The notes under the pieces are model-generated. The model searched no databases, was not told the DNA's origin, and was given only the letters and a program-made list of their open reading frames with translations. From the NCBI RefSeq assembly GCF_009914755.1, contig NC_060936.1: 64,000 bases of DNA; one strand, 5' to 3'. The DNA is from the human T2T-CHM13v2.0 reference genome, Homo sapiens. This document shows positions 44,071 through 58,182 of this stretch, piece by piece (the first letter of the stretch is position 1; every line of letters begins with the position of its first letter). Position numbers and translations under genes: made by a program.

Positions 44071-47000
44071 GTGTCCTAGCTTAGTTAAGACCATTTTTAC
44101 CTCAGAGTCACCCCACTATGACCTCCCATTAGTTGAGATGTGATCACAGTTCCACAGTAGCTGCCAGAGGGGAACATGTGCTCATGGGGTCCAGGTAAAT
44201 GTACCATGCTACAGGAAAAGACACACAGCACAGCTTATGTGCATTGCCCAGGGATTTTGGAACAATTCACTTCTAGATTCTCTTTGCCCCACTTCTCACC
44301 TTTCTAGAAACCATCTTTTGACTTCTTCTAATCTCTGGAAGACTTTCCCTCTCATTTGCCTCCTTGCTTTGTAAAGCTGATAGAGACAATAGATATGCTT
44401 GTATTTCCACCAATTCCCCTGTTTAAGATATCCTTTGGGAGCCATAATTAATCTGTAGCATTTAACAAGTGTTAGCTTTAACTACATTGGAAGAAAATTT
44501 GTTATAGATTACATGCATGGGCTTTGGGGAAAAATGTTTCTCTTTATTCCAATAATTTTAATATAGAACTTCATTAAGCACACAAATCAGTGGGAACATT
44601 TGCTTATAAAAATAACATAAACCAAACTAACTTTGCATTTTAAAAATCCTCTTGTTCAGTTTTGTGAGCTCTGCAGTCACATTTCTGATGTATATGCTAA
44701 TGGTGTGTTTTCTCACACGTTATGTAAAAGCAACCTATTATCTTCATTTCAGATTCAGATTCCTGAGTCAAGCCCCTATTATGACCTCAGTATGGTATTT
44801 TTTTTACTGACTCGTTTAATCAGAGCATGAACTTTGTGAAATAATACTGTTTTCCCAGTTTTATACATAAGGAAACAGGCTTAGAGTGGTTCGTGACTTG
44901 CTGAATATTATGTAGTCAGTCAGTAGAGGGGCTGACCCCTCGATATTTTCTATTTCCTGCTTTTGAATGGTGATCAAATTAGCTTGGTTTGAAAATACGT
45001 ACCCAAAAGGGAACTCTATTTTCCTCTCAATTCTGCTTTTCCCTCTTCCCCTCCACCTCTCTCTCTCTGAAATGGCAATGTCATTCATTTAACTTTGTTT
45101 TCCATTTTTCACCTCTACATCCAATCAGGTCCTTAAAATTCTTCCTTTCTTTCTTTTCATTACTGTGGAATCAGCTATTTGCTATCCTCCCTGCCATTTC
45201 CTTGTTCAGATTCTCACCCTCTTTCTCCTGAAGAACATCAACAGCCAACTTACTTATCATCCTGCCTACATCCTTTCTTCCTCTTAGTAAAGGCTCTTCT
45301 GTTCTTCACTAAAAGACAGATCAAAATGTCTTAAACACAAATTTTATTTTGGTACTTCCCTATTTACAATCATCAATTGGCTCCCCTGTGCTCTTATAAC
45401 TTCCAAACATTTTAATAGAATCTCAAAGCTGATATTATGCGTCTTTTTTCTTGGGCCTTTAGCTTCATTCCTTGTCACTTTCCACCTACAATTCTCTTTG
45501 ACATTCTTTGCTCTAGAGATAATACATTTCTTTAATTCCTAGATGGCTGAACATTGTCACTTGCCTTTGGTTCTTTGAATATTTTATCCCTCCTCCCTGA
45601 AGCACTTACAATGTGTTCTTTTTAAAAATTGTGAAATAAAACACACATACACACATACACACATGTGTTAAAAAGATTTAAACACAATGTACTATATAAT
45701 GAGTAATTACAAAGTGAACCCCTGTGTATCCTCTACTGCCAAGAAATAAAATGTCATCAACATTCCAGATTCCTCCAATTCTCTTTTATATTACATTCTT
45801 CTTATCCCCTTTCTTCCACTCCAAGGACTTATTCAGGCTTTGTGGTGATCATTTCCTTGCTTTTCTTTATCATTTCACCAATTGCACATGCATTCCCAAG
45901 CAATACAGTTCAATTCTTCCTCTTTTTGAAATAAATAACCACACTCTGTGTTTTCCTTTTTTCACTCATAATAATGTTTGTAATGTTTATACATGTTTTA
46001 GAGTGTATCTCTAGTTTCGTTTTCATTATTGCATTGTATTACATTGTATGAACATAGCCTTTAAAAAAATCCATTCTCCTCTCGATGGGCATTTTAGCTA
46101 TTTCCCATTTTTAGCTATTAGAAATAATGTCTTCAGGATCATTCTTGCATACATGTCTCTTGGATGATGGGTATCCCCATAACTCTAGAATATGTATATT
46201 CAGGAGTAAAGGAGAGATACATATTTTCACCTTCACTAGATAATCTCTACAGCTTTCTGGAATATCACTTTACACCCCCACAATTAGTGTATGAAAGTTA
46301 TCTTTGTTCTACCCGTTTCCTTCACCTAATGTTTATAGACTTACATTTTAGCCAATCCGGTGGTTGTTCAGTAACATCTCATTATGGCTTCAATTTGTAT
46401 TCCCCTGATTATTGTATTGACCATTAAAAATCTTTGTTTCTGAAGTGCCTGTTCAAGTTTCTTGCCCATGTTTCCATTGGTTTATATGTATTTTCATAAT
46501 AGAAGAGTTTTTAAATATTTTCTGCATGCTAATTCCTTGTCAGTTGTATATGGTGCTCATTTGGTACCTGGTCTTTTTACTCTTCTTATGGGTTAAAGCA
46601 TAAACTTTGATGCAAAATTGTCTGATTCAAATAATGGCTCTATCTCCCTTAACAATTTGAACTTTGGTAAGTCATTAAACTTCTCCATGCCTCTTCTGTA
46701 AAAATGAGAATAGTAGTAGTCCTACCTCACATGGTTGTTGCTTAACCTATATAAAGCAGTAAAAAGAGTGCCTGAAACCTAGGAAGTATTATGTAAATAA
46801 ACATTTGCTGTTCTTTATTTTTATTTTTTGATCATGATTTCTTAATTATAATATAGTCAACTTTTTAAACTTTAGTAACTTTTAGTGTTTTATTAAGAAC
46901 AAAAAGGTTCTAAAGTTATTAAGATATTCTTTGTATTATTTTCCAAGCTTACTGCTTTGCTTTTTAAGTCTACAATCCAACTGGTGTTAAGTGGTTGCAG

Positions 47001-47431
47001 CAGAAGTAAACTTTTATTTTTTCTTATATAGATAAACCATTGTCCCACAACCATTTATGGAAAAGTTTATTTTTTTTCCACTGGTCTGCAGTGCTACCTT
47101 TGCCATATAATGTACATTTATTTGTGGGTCTATTTTTTAATTGGCCTAGTTACTCAGTACCAATATCACATTCTCTTAATTACTGCACATTTATTATTGA
47201 TATATGTTGAAGTAGTTCCTGCCACTTTGCTCTGCTTCTTCAAGAGTATCTTCATAATTCTTTGGTTCTTTATTTTTAACTTTAAGAATTTTTCCATTTA
47301 ACTTTATGAATCAGCATGTCAATTTCCACAATAAAATTGGAATTTCGACTACAATTTTATTGAGACTATAGATCAATTTGTGAAGAATTCACATTTTAAG
47401 AATTATGAACCTTCCAATCTCTGAATATTGA

Positions 47432-47549
47432 TACATATTCCTTTATTTGTGTCTTTAATGTTTCTCAGTAAACAATATCATGTTCTCAATTACATATTCC
47501 TTTATTTGTGTCTTCTTTACTGTTTCTCAGTAAACAATATGTTCTCAAT
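47432..47549. repeat. About 59-bp tandem duplication (2 copies)
   Basis: tacatattcctttatttgtgtct..tttctcagtaaacaat..gttctcaat starting at 47432 and 47491. Confidence 0.9.
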
Positions 47550-50500
47550 AGACGTGTTTGAAATATTACTAGCACTTGGTATTTTTAAATACTATTGTGA
47601 GTTATAGTTTTTTTTAATAGTTTTCTTTCTTACTTTTGTACATAAGAATCCACTCAAATTTCATATATTGATTTTGTAGCCAGCAAGCTTATTAAATTAT
47701 TATACTAATTTTAATGATTTATATGCAGTTTATTTTTGATCTTATTAATATCATATCTCTTGTGAATGACAGCTTTGTTTTCACTGTTTTCAGTTCTTTT
47801 ATCTTTTCTCTCTCTGTCTTGCCTTATTGTGGTGGTTAAAACCACCCAAACAACACTTGAAATGAGAAGAGTTGAGTTGTTACTTATTTCAATAAAGTCT
47901 TTATTAAGTATGATGTTTGCAGAGAGTTCATAGTTTACCTTTATCAGCTTAATGTTGTCTCCATTTCTAGTTTGCTTAGAATTTTATTATGTATGGATGT
48001 TGAATTTCATACAATGATTTTCTGCATCTGTGGAAATAATCATATGATCATATATATTTCAGTTAATATAGTAAATCACATTTATTTATTTTCTTGTTTT
48101 CTTTTTCTTAATTTTTTTTTGAAACTCAAGTACACAGAATTAGATTAATCATAATCCTTGATTCAGGAAGCTGTTTCTTCTCTAGTTCATTCATGGTCAC
48201 GTTTAATTACTTGGTTAACTATTTCCAATAATATGTTAAATATGTATGGCACTGACATGCAAAACAATAGCTACATCACTGACAATAATTGACATTTACC
48301 TTCATTCCCTGCCTACCAAAGCAAAAATCATCCAAAATATTTATTTTCCTTTAAAAATATTTTATTGTATCTTTCATTTTTATTTATCTTTATGAAAAGG
48401 CATCATAGTGGCATTTTCTTTTCCACGTGATATTATATTGCCAAATTTTATCACATTAGTGTCTTTGTCTATAATTCATTGATTTTGACTGCTGAATAAA
48501 ATTCTATTAGGTGAATATATGCAAGTTATTCGTTCTCATTTTGAAGAGCATGTAGTATGCTTTCAAGTTTTTGTGATTATTAACAGTGCATTTATGAACA
48601 TTCTTGTATGTTAATTTCCTAATATTAAAATAACCTACATAATCTGGTATAAACAGAATTTAGTAATCTTGCATCTTACTCTCCATATATTGCTAGATTC
48701 AATTGCCAATATTTCTTAAGAGTTTTTGCCTCTAGGTTCATATATGATATTGGCCTCTATTTTTCTTTTCTTGCACTATCCTTGTGTCTCTATCCCGATT
48801 ATGCTGGCATCATAAAATCAGTTGGGGATTGTATACTCTTTTCCTTCTCAGGAAGGGTTTGTATAAAAATAGTTATTGATTTCTTGAATATTTGGTATAA
48901 CTCAATGAAGGCATTTGGGACAAGAGCTTTTTCTATGAGAAATTTTCTTTATTAATTATTCATTTTCTTTAGTTGTTAGAGGATGATATATAGTCATATT
49001 CTATTTCTGTCTTCAGTTTGTTTTGATGAATTATACCTTTTTCAGCATTTGTCCAGTTTTTTCTACATTTTCAAATTTATTGCATGAAGTTGTTCTTAAT
49101 TTTCTCTTAGTATCTTTAGAGTCTGCAGGATTTGTAGTGATGGCTTTTTTATCATTCATTCCTAATATTGGTTATGTGTGCTTCTTTTCTTCATTATTAT
49201 TTTCTATAGTTTTTCAAATTAATTATTCATTTAAATAAACTAATCTTGGTCTTTGTTGATTCATTTTATTGCATGTTTCTTTATTTTCTTAATTTCTGCT
49301 CTTTTTTAATTCTCCTTATTTCCTACATTTTTTTTGCTGTTTCTTTTCATTATACCTTGAAGTGAATACTGAAATAATTACTTCACAGGCATACTTTCTT
49401 TTTCATATATGCATTTCAGTATCTAAGTATTACTTTAGTTACATATCAGCATTGTTTACTTATCTATTATTTATTTCTGGCATAATTAAATTGTGTTAGA
49501 TTATATACTGTGTGTAATTTCAACATTTTGAAATTTGTCAAGACATACTTTATATCTCTTTATATATCATCACTTTTTGAAAATCTCCTGATATGTTTAA
49601 AAATGTGTATTCTGTATTTTGGGAGTACATGTTTTCTATGTATCCATTAGGTTATGTTTATTAACTGTGTTCAATTCATCTATATTTTTACCATTTTTAT
49701 GTGTCTACTTCTTTTAGTTACTGAGAGCTACATGTAAGTGTATTAAAACCCTCAAATAGTAATGGAGTCCATTTTTTCTTATTATGCTAATAATTTTTCT
49801 TAGTATTTTGAGGACATCTTAAGTGGTGCATAGAATTTGTAAGCCATCATTTTTTGTCATTTTGAAGTGATTCTCTTCGTACTCTCTCTAGATATATTTT
49901 TTTGACTTTAAAGTCTGTTTTGTCTGATATTAATATAGAAACACCCTTTTTCTTTTGTTGTCATGGGTATCATTTTGCCTACTCTTTTACTTTCAATCAT
50001 TTAGGATATTTACGTTTTAAATGTTTCCTGTTAAATGCACAGTTAGATTTTTAGAAACAATCTGAAAATCTTTTTTTTTTTTGGACTGGGACATTTGGCC
50101 CATGTGCATTTAATGTAAACACTGATATACTTGGATTTAAATCTATCATCTAAATTTGTATTTTAATTTTTACCTTTTTTGATGTTTTTGATTGGATCAG
50201 TGTTTTTCCACACTTGCATTTATACTCCCCTATCAGTATAAAAGTTATAAACTCTGCTTTAATATAAGAATTTTTAAAAATGTATCCTTAACTTATTAAA
50301 GTCTTACATTCACTTATTTTCCCTTCTTCCAGTTTGCTTTCTTTTATTTTAATTCTTTTCTTCATCCATTAACTTGTCTCTGGGATCATTTTCCATCATT
50401 CCTTCTGCTTGAAGTAAGTTCTTTATTATTCCTTAAAGTACAGGTCTGTTAGTTACAAATTCCCAGGTATTGTTTCCTTGAAAATGTCTTACTTTAATCT

Positions 50501-50869
50501 TATAGTCTATAGTCATTCCAAGGTAGTCTGTATTTGGGAATTCTAATCTTGAAGAATATTTTGCTGACTATAGTATTCTAACTTGAAATTCTTTTTTACA
50601 TTAAACATATTGAATATACATTTCAAAGACATCATTTCACTCTCTTCTGGTTTCCATTGTTTCTGTTAAGGAGATGGCCGCTTAGTCTGTCCTTTCTCTG
50701 TAGCTACTTTTGACATTTACTCTCTGTTTTTGGTCTTTCTCTTTTATAATGGCATGCCTAGATGTGAATTTTCTGAAAATTTTATTTATCATTCTTGTGA
50801 TTTCTTGGGATTATTGAAATAGTAGATTGGTTTTCATTCCTCAGTTTTAGAAATGTTTTAGTTTCTAGC

Positions 50870-50905
<36 letters not shown>
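50870..50905. repeat. (TA)n(GA)n microsatellite
   Basis: Direct reading. Confidence 0.93.
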
Positions 50906-52135
50906 CGCCATTGTGCCATTCTCTTCCACTTTTCTATCTGAGGTGCCAGTTAAATACATATTAAGCCTTCTTTGTGTATGCCCTATTCTCTGACACTCTC
51001 CTTTGATTTCTCCCCTCTTAACATTTTGTCTCTCCATGCTATGCTTTCAATAGGTTCTCCTAGCCTATTTCTAGTTAGTTTTCTTTTCTTCTCTTAAACC
51101 TGTTCTTAATTTCAGCCATTGTTTTTTACTTCTAGAATTTCTATTTGTGTTTTTGTCAAAGCTGCCATATCCTTTAAAAAGTTTTATCTCCTTCTTGAAA
51201 TTTTAAAACTGAATTTTTATTTCTTGACTTTCTTTCTTAGAATATAATAAGCGTGGTTGTTTAAATAGTTTGTCTGCAAATTCTAATATTTGAACATTTT
51301 GAGTGAATGTTTCTATTGGTTCTCAGTGTTGATATTTTGTTTTCTTGCATACCCAGTTATCACTGGCCCTATAATAGGCGGTTTATATTTTAAAAACACT
51401 TTATAGCGGTAATTTCAGGCATAAGAGGATAGCTTCTTTTTCAGAGTAGGTTTTTGTTTCTTTTGCTAGATGCTACAGATTTTCGTCAATACAAGTTCAA
51501 GGCTTGAGGCATCATGAACAACCCAGAATGAAGTAATAAAGCTGGGATGGGAGTTCACGCAAGGGCCACTTTATTCAAAGTTCACCTGTCATAAGGATGT
51601 AGTCTTTCATGCTCCCAACTTAAAGTCAGGAAGGAATTATCAGAGCCCCTACCCTTGTGGATAATTCAGCTTTCATTTTGAATCATGAGCGGTTCAAGGT
51701 TGCTAAAATCAGAGTTAGCAGGTCCCTTCCAAGCAGAACTAGGCTTCCTTGCAAGGCCAGTAATACCTCACTACCTTGTTAGCTCTTTGATGCTTTTAAA
51801 GAATATTCTTTCTATATGTTTTGCAGGCTTTTTAGTTTTTCAGCAAGGGGTTTGATCTGTTTCCTAGTTCCCCATTACTTGAAGCAGAAGTTTCAAGATA
51901 CATCTGATTAAAACAGTCACGTTTCATCTGCTTAGTTTTTCTTATTCTTTGAGATGTGACAGACGTCATTTCTTCAGTAAAGGCTTCTGAAGCCCCCGGA
52001 CGTTGTTCGAATAGGTTTTTTTTTTACCTTCATAGAATATAATTCTTTCCATTACAGCACATATTCTACATTGTAATTTACACTTGTTTATATACCCCCC
52101 ATTAGTCTGCAAGCTCCTTTAAAACAGGGACTATA

Positions 52136-52429
52136 GGCCAGGCATGGTGGCTCACGCCTGTAATCCTAGCACTCTGAGAAGCCGAGGCAGGCAGATCACT
52201 TGATCTCAGTTCAAGACCAGCTTGGCCAACATGGTGAAACACCATCTCTAATAAAAATACAAAAATTTTCTGGGCATGGTGGCATGCACCTGTAATCCCC
52301 GCTACTTGGGAGGCTGAGTCAGGAGAATTGGTTGAACCCAGAAGGTGGAGGTTGATGTGAGCCGAGATCCCACCACCGCACTCCCGCCTGGGAGACAGAG
52401 TGAGACCCTGTCTCAATTAAAAAAAAAAC
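52136..52429 (+). mobile_element. AluS element inserted in an L2 3' end
   Basis: TSD aaaac(a/t)gggactata (52121-35 and 52430-44). Confidence 0.96.
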
Positions 52430-53177
52430 AAAACTGGGACTATAGCTATTTTTGATTGTTTAATCATCATTATCTGATATAATTCATGGCATATAATAGG
52501 TATTAGATACATATCTGTTGAATAAATGAATGAATGCCCTATTACATCAGGGCACAGATGAAATAGTATCAGTTGAAAATAAGTTAATGCATTTGCATTA
52601 TGCATGTAGAGAAATATTATTTTTGTATGCATTGAGAATATACTCAATAAAACAGTTATATCTGCAGACATTTATTCAGCACTGCTGTGTGAAGAGTTTT
52701 AGGACACTAAAACTCATTAATAGAATCATGAGAAAAAAGAGCCATGAAAGTAATTCTTTCTTACATATCATCATGGCTTTGACTTCACCATTGAAATGAT
52801 TAAATTCTCACATCTCTTAAAAACTGTGAGGAAATTACAGATAAGAAGTGTCTGTGTGTTTTGCAACAAAACAACAAAACATTTATTAGAAAAGTTAAAA
52901 GAGTTGAGCATAGGAAAGAGGGTGAAGCATTACTTAATGAACCAGTTTCGTGTGAAGTATCTTTACAAATATTGTAAGTACATAAGGAGAAGAGCTTTCA
53001 AACTGATTTTTGTATGTTAAATGTTGGTTTAGTTGTACATAATAGTAAACTCTCAGTAAAACTTTATGGAAGGGAAAATAGAAGGAAGGAGGGAGGGGAG
53101 AACCAGGCTACTAATGTGTTTCATTTTTACTAAATCGAGGGATTTTATACATATATCGCTATGAAAAAACTCAACCT

Positions 53178-53368
53178 ACCTGGGCACAGTGATGTGTGCC
53201 TGTAGTCCCAGCTACTTGGGAGGGTGAGGCGTGAGGCAGGAGGATGGCTTGAAACCAGGAGTTCAAGACTGTTGTGTGCAATTATCGTGCTTGTGAATAG
53301 CCACTACACTCCAGCCTAGGGAACATAACAAGACCCTGTCTCTAAACAACAACAACAACAACAACAAC
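53178..53368 (+). mobile_element. FAM (fossil Alu monomer) with (AAC)n tail
   Basis: Monomer with the FAM/7SL-type segment ..cttgtgaatagccactacactccagc; TSD aaaactcaacc (53166-76 and 53369-79). Confidence 0.85.
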
Positions 53369-53679
53369 AAAACTCAACCCAGTTGCAACTCCCTTCTTAA
53401 CGGGAATTCTTATAGCATGTAAAGACAAAGGTATTTTTCTTTTACCCATCTGTGGAGTTCAAAGAACCAGTTCAATGCTGGATTCAACTAACAAACTCAA
53501 ATGGTTTCAACTAGTTGATTAAAAATTTTTATCAACTTATCTTTTAAGACAAATGCACTCAATTGATCATGGTATACCACATGTGATCTTTTCTTCTTCT
53601 TTTCTTCATTATCTTTTGTGCTTGATACTGTATTTCTTTGAATTCTGCCTGAAGTTGCTTTAGATTATTGTGACAATCA

Positions 53680-54300
53680 TGGCACATTGTGCATTTAAAT
53701 TGAGCTTATTGTCAGAAATATCTGCATTAATATAGGTTTCTCCATTTTTCAATCCCAGTGTAGGGTTTTAAATTTGCCTTTGTTAAATATATTTCCTTAT
53801 TTATTCTAGGTTCAGAGTATAATTTCTAGCTTGTCACAATCCGCTTTGTGATTTTGTCTTTCACGGTATTATGTTTCTCAACTTTTTATTAGTCACAAAT
53901 TTCATAAGCGTATCTTCTCAGTGTGTATTCAAATAATGGGTGAAAATGTTGAACAGAACAAGATCGAACACAGATCTGGCAACTTATTAGTTCTCCCAGC
54001 AAGTATACAGCATAACTCTTACTATTTGTTACTTTTTGGGAATGGTAATTCAACAAGCTACAACTGTACCTGTGGCATTAAGGATTGTTCTATCAGAAAA
54101 TTTTATCAAATACACTGAAATTAAGATGTTCCTGTCACAATATTCCTCTTATTTATCAAGATTAAACCTTTTAGCAGCACAGAAATTGTTATTTTTGTAT
54201 GCCTTTCTCTTCTTAAACCCATGTTGGTTCTTAGCGATCTCAATATTCATTCAAAATAGTCCAAATTTGTTCAGTATTCAGTTATAGAAACTTTCTAATG
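53680..54300 (-). mobile_element. CR1/L3 LINE fragment (RT region)
   Basis: gtcacaaatttcataagc..aaaatgttgaacagaacaagatcgaacacagatc..tatcagaaaattttatcaaatac resembles antisense L3. Confidence 0.6.
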
Positions 54301-55677
54301 AGAGGTATCAAATTTACCAGAATATTGTTTTCAGAAGTATACAATGGAAATTAGGACATTTGATGCTTTTCACGCCTGTAGCATCTTTTCTATCAACAGT
54401 TGTCAATGGTACCAGTATGACAATTTATATGCCAGATATTTAATATCACAAAATATAGTCATATGCCCACATGCACACATACACATGCTCTCATACACTA
54501 AAGAGTGTTATAAAAAAAAGATAGTTGCTATTTTCCTCTTTATCTTTATAAGTGGCTGAGATACTACCTCATATGACTTTTTTTTAAATTTCAGTTGTAA
54601 AGATCATTTTTGATATATACCAAATAAATACTGGTAATTTCTGCTTTCCATTTGATAAAGTAACATATTCTATTATTTAATAACTTACAGAAATGACTTT
54701 TGAATAGAAAATGCATGCAGATGAAAAAAGATCAGATGAAATTAAAAGGTATTTGGGTAAAAGTGACTGCCCTGCTATATTAGCATTCCATTTAACTGAG
54801 AGTGACAGAAACCTATCAGCAACAGTGACCTTTAAAAAGTTCAGAATTGAGCCATGTATTCTGCTGCATGATTTATAGATTCCCAACCTCCTTATATTTT
54901 GCTGCACTGCTATCTTTGCCATTCTAATTTATGGGTCACAGTAGATGCTTGAAATCCAGTTTGAATCTTCACATTCCAGGTTGTAGGAAGAAGGAAGGTG
55001 ATTATGAAAGGAACATGTCTCTTTCTCCTTTTAAGGCCATTTCCCAAGAGTTGCACATATGACTTTCATTTATACCCTGTTGGCTCAAATCTAGTCACAT
55101 GCCTGCCCTTGGTGTGACTGCCACACACTTATTGAATAATCAAGTGTTCTGTTCTAAGGAAGAAGAGGGAACAGATATTGCAACAATTGGTGGTCTTTGC
55201 TATCCTCTCCTTATCTCCCAGTTACCCACGACTTCTTCCCAGAAACTGTGGCTAATTTCTTTTGTATCACTTAAGAAATCGGTATGTATATGTTTGTGTG
55301 TGTATGTATTTATAGACATATGTTTATGTTAATGCTTTTTTATTTCTTGTATATAAATATGGGAGTATATCATAGAGACTGTTTTGCACAACCCTTTTCA
55401 TTTAATGATATATTTTGGAGACCTTTCCACATTTTATAGAAAAAAACATAATTTATTAAGCCACTTCCCTATTAATACCAATTTAAGTTGTTTTCAGATG
55501 TTTGCAGTGAATATCAATTTACATATATTATTTCACAGTTGAATGAAGCTATATGTATGTTCCTAGAAATTTAGCTCTTGGGCCAAAGGGATATGCATTT
55601 TTAATTTTGATAGGTGTTGACAAATTGCTTTTCTAAGTTGTACCAAATCTCCCCACTATTGAATCATGCATTGGATT

Positions 55678-56004
55678 AGAGTCTTCCCTTGTTATCCGTG
55701 TGAATTGGTTTCAGAGCCCTTGTGGATACCAAAATCCATGAATGATCAAGTCCCTTGTATAAAATGCCCTAGTATTTGCATATAACCCATGCACATCCTC
55801 CCTTACACTCTGAATCATCTCTAGATTATGTATAACATCTAATACAATGTAAAACACAATATAAGCAGTTGTTATACTTTATTGGTTTTTTAGATGTACT
55901 ATTTTTTATTGTGTTTTTTTTTTATGCTTTTTTTCCAAATATTTTTGATCTGATGTTAATTGTATCCACAGATGTGGAGCCTGCACATAAGAAGGGCTGA
56001 CCAT
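55678..56004 (+). mobile_element. MER2 (Tigger-derived) MITE
   Basis: ggataccaaaatccatg..tcaagtcccttgtataaaatg..tagtatttgcatataacc..atccacagatgtggagcctgc..gggctgacc. Confidence 0.85.
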
Positions 56005-56827
56005 ATCTGATAATTTGGGCTTTGTCAGACACTTTTACCAAAACAGTATAATATCAAAATTTTTAATCCTTGTCTTTGATAGATTAAAAAGACATAGTGA
56101 TTCCTTGTTGTTTTAATTTGTATTTTTCTTACTTTGAATGAGATTGATAATTTTCTTATTATTTGGTGATAGTGGACAATTTTTTGCCACGCAGAAATAT
56201 TTTATTTTTACGTGATCAAATCTATCAACCTTTCTGTTGATGACTTCGAGAATTTGTTATTATTAGAGCGCTCTCCTACTCCAAGATTATGAAAAACATT
56301 TTCTCTTTGGTTTCTTTTGGTAGTTTTGTGCCTTTATTTTTGTGTGTTGAGGCCTCTGATCCATCTGGAATTTGTCATATGTTATGAGATAAGAAACATG
56401 CCATGATATTTTAAAGCTGGCAAAACAGTAGTCCCACAACAATTTGTTGAATGATTCATCTTCCCCCACAGTTTTGATATATCATTGGCATTATATACTA
56501 ATCTCTGGACTTCCTAGTCTTCTCTATAGATCCATTTTTAAAAATCTTTCTATGCATACTAAATTGTTTTAATCAGTGGAACTTTATAAAATATTTTAAC
56601 ATGTGGAGGAATGGTCCCCATTTATTTTTTCTTTTTCGGAATTTGCTTGGCTATTCTTCTCTTTCCTGTTTAAATTTGAGAATAAGTTTATGTTACTTAC
56701 AAAATAAGGTTGACGTGGCTCTGTTTCTTCCTTCTTGCTCTGCATGGAGTTCAGAAATCTCTTTGTGAATATTTAACATTCTCCTCAAGTCTCATCATGT
56801 TTTCCAGTCAACTCCCAGATAATTTGT

Positions 56828-57915
56828 CTTTTTTTTTTTTACTTTTATTTTAGATTCAAGGGTACATGTGCAGGTTTGTTATATAGGTAAACTCATGTCA
56901 TGGGGGTTTGTTGTACAGATTTTTTCATCACCCAGGTATTAAGCCTAGTACCCAATAGTTATTTTTTTTCTACTCCACATCCTCCTCCTACCCTCCACCC
57001 TCAAGTAGACCCCAGTGTCTTGTTCCCTTCTTTGTGTTCATGAGTTCTTATCATTTAGCTCTCACTTGTAAGTGAGAACATGTGGTATTGGGTTTTCTGT
57101 TCCTGAGTTAGTTTGCTAAGGATAATGGACTCCAGCTCCATCGTCATCCCTGCAAAGGACATGATCTCATTCTTTTTTTATGGCTACATAGTATTCCATG
57201 GCGTATATGTGCCACATTTTCTTTATTCAATCTGTCATTGATGGGCATTTAGGTTGATTCCATGCCTTTGCCATTGTGAATAGTGCTGCAGTTAACATTT
57301 GTGTGTATGTGTCTTTATGATAGAATGAATTATATTCTATCTATATATATTATATTATATCTATATGTATAGATATCCATACATATTATATATGTATATA
57401 GATATCTATACATATAGATATATTCTATCTATATATTATAGTCTATCTATATATTATATTCTATATTCTGTATTATATATATGGGATTGCTGGGTCAAAT
57501 GGTAGTTTCATTTTTAGCTCTTTGAGGAATCACCATACTGCTTTCCATAATGGTTGAACTAATTTACACTCCCACCAACAGTGTATAAGTGTTCCCTTTT
57601 TTGTGCAACCTCGTGAGCACGTGTTGTTTACTTTTTATTAACAGCCATTCTGACTTGTGTGGTATCTCACTGTGGTTTTGATGTGCATTTCTCTAATGAT
57701 CACTGATATTGAGCATTTTTTCATATCCTTGTTGGCCACATGTATGTCTTCTTTTGAAAAATGTCTGTTCATGTCCTTTGCCCACTTCTTAATGGGGTTG
57801 TTTGTTTTTCTCTTGTAAATTTGTTTAAGTTCCTTATAGATGCTAGATATTATACCTTTGTCAAATGCCTAGTTCACAGATATTTCCTCCTGTTCTGTAG
57901 GTTGCCTGTTTACTG
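56828..57915 (-). mobile_element. L1PA15/16-like 3' fragment with internal AT-rich expansion (57330-57482)
   Basis: Poly-T, acttttattttagattcaagggtacatgtgcagg, and continuous antisense L1 3' UTR and ORF2 end. Confidence 0.92.
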
Positions 57916-58182
57916 ATCTTTGATTTTTGAATCTCTCTTGTATTTATTTGTATGTTACCTTTTCAATGATAGCATTATCAGATTTAGGTCAGAATAGAAC
58001 TAATGTCTTTATAGAATATCTAGAAATGGGTCAATAGGTCATTATCTTGTATACTTTAACAACAGACTCAATTAGAAAGCTATACCTGAGAGTTTACACA
58101 CTCCTGAAAATGTAAAAATTAGATTAAATACTAATTTTAAATAAATAATAACTAAAGTATAAATGCATTCAAACCAGTTATC

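Larger units (their letters stand above)
45620..51900 (-). mobile_element. Long degenerate antisense L1M (ME/MD-type) with nested MIR (about 46590-46800) and other fragments
   Basis: T-rich antisense L1 3' UTR and ORF2 motifs: ccattctcctctcgatgggcatttt, gaatttcatacaatgattttctgcatct, aaagtctgttttgtctgatattaatatag. Confidence 0.75.
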
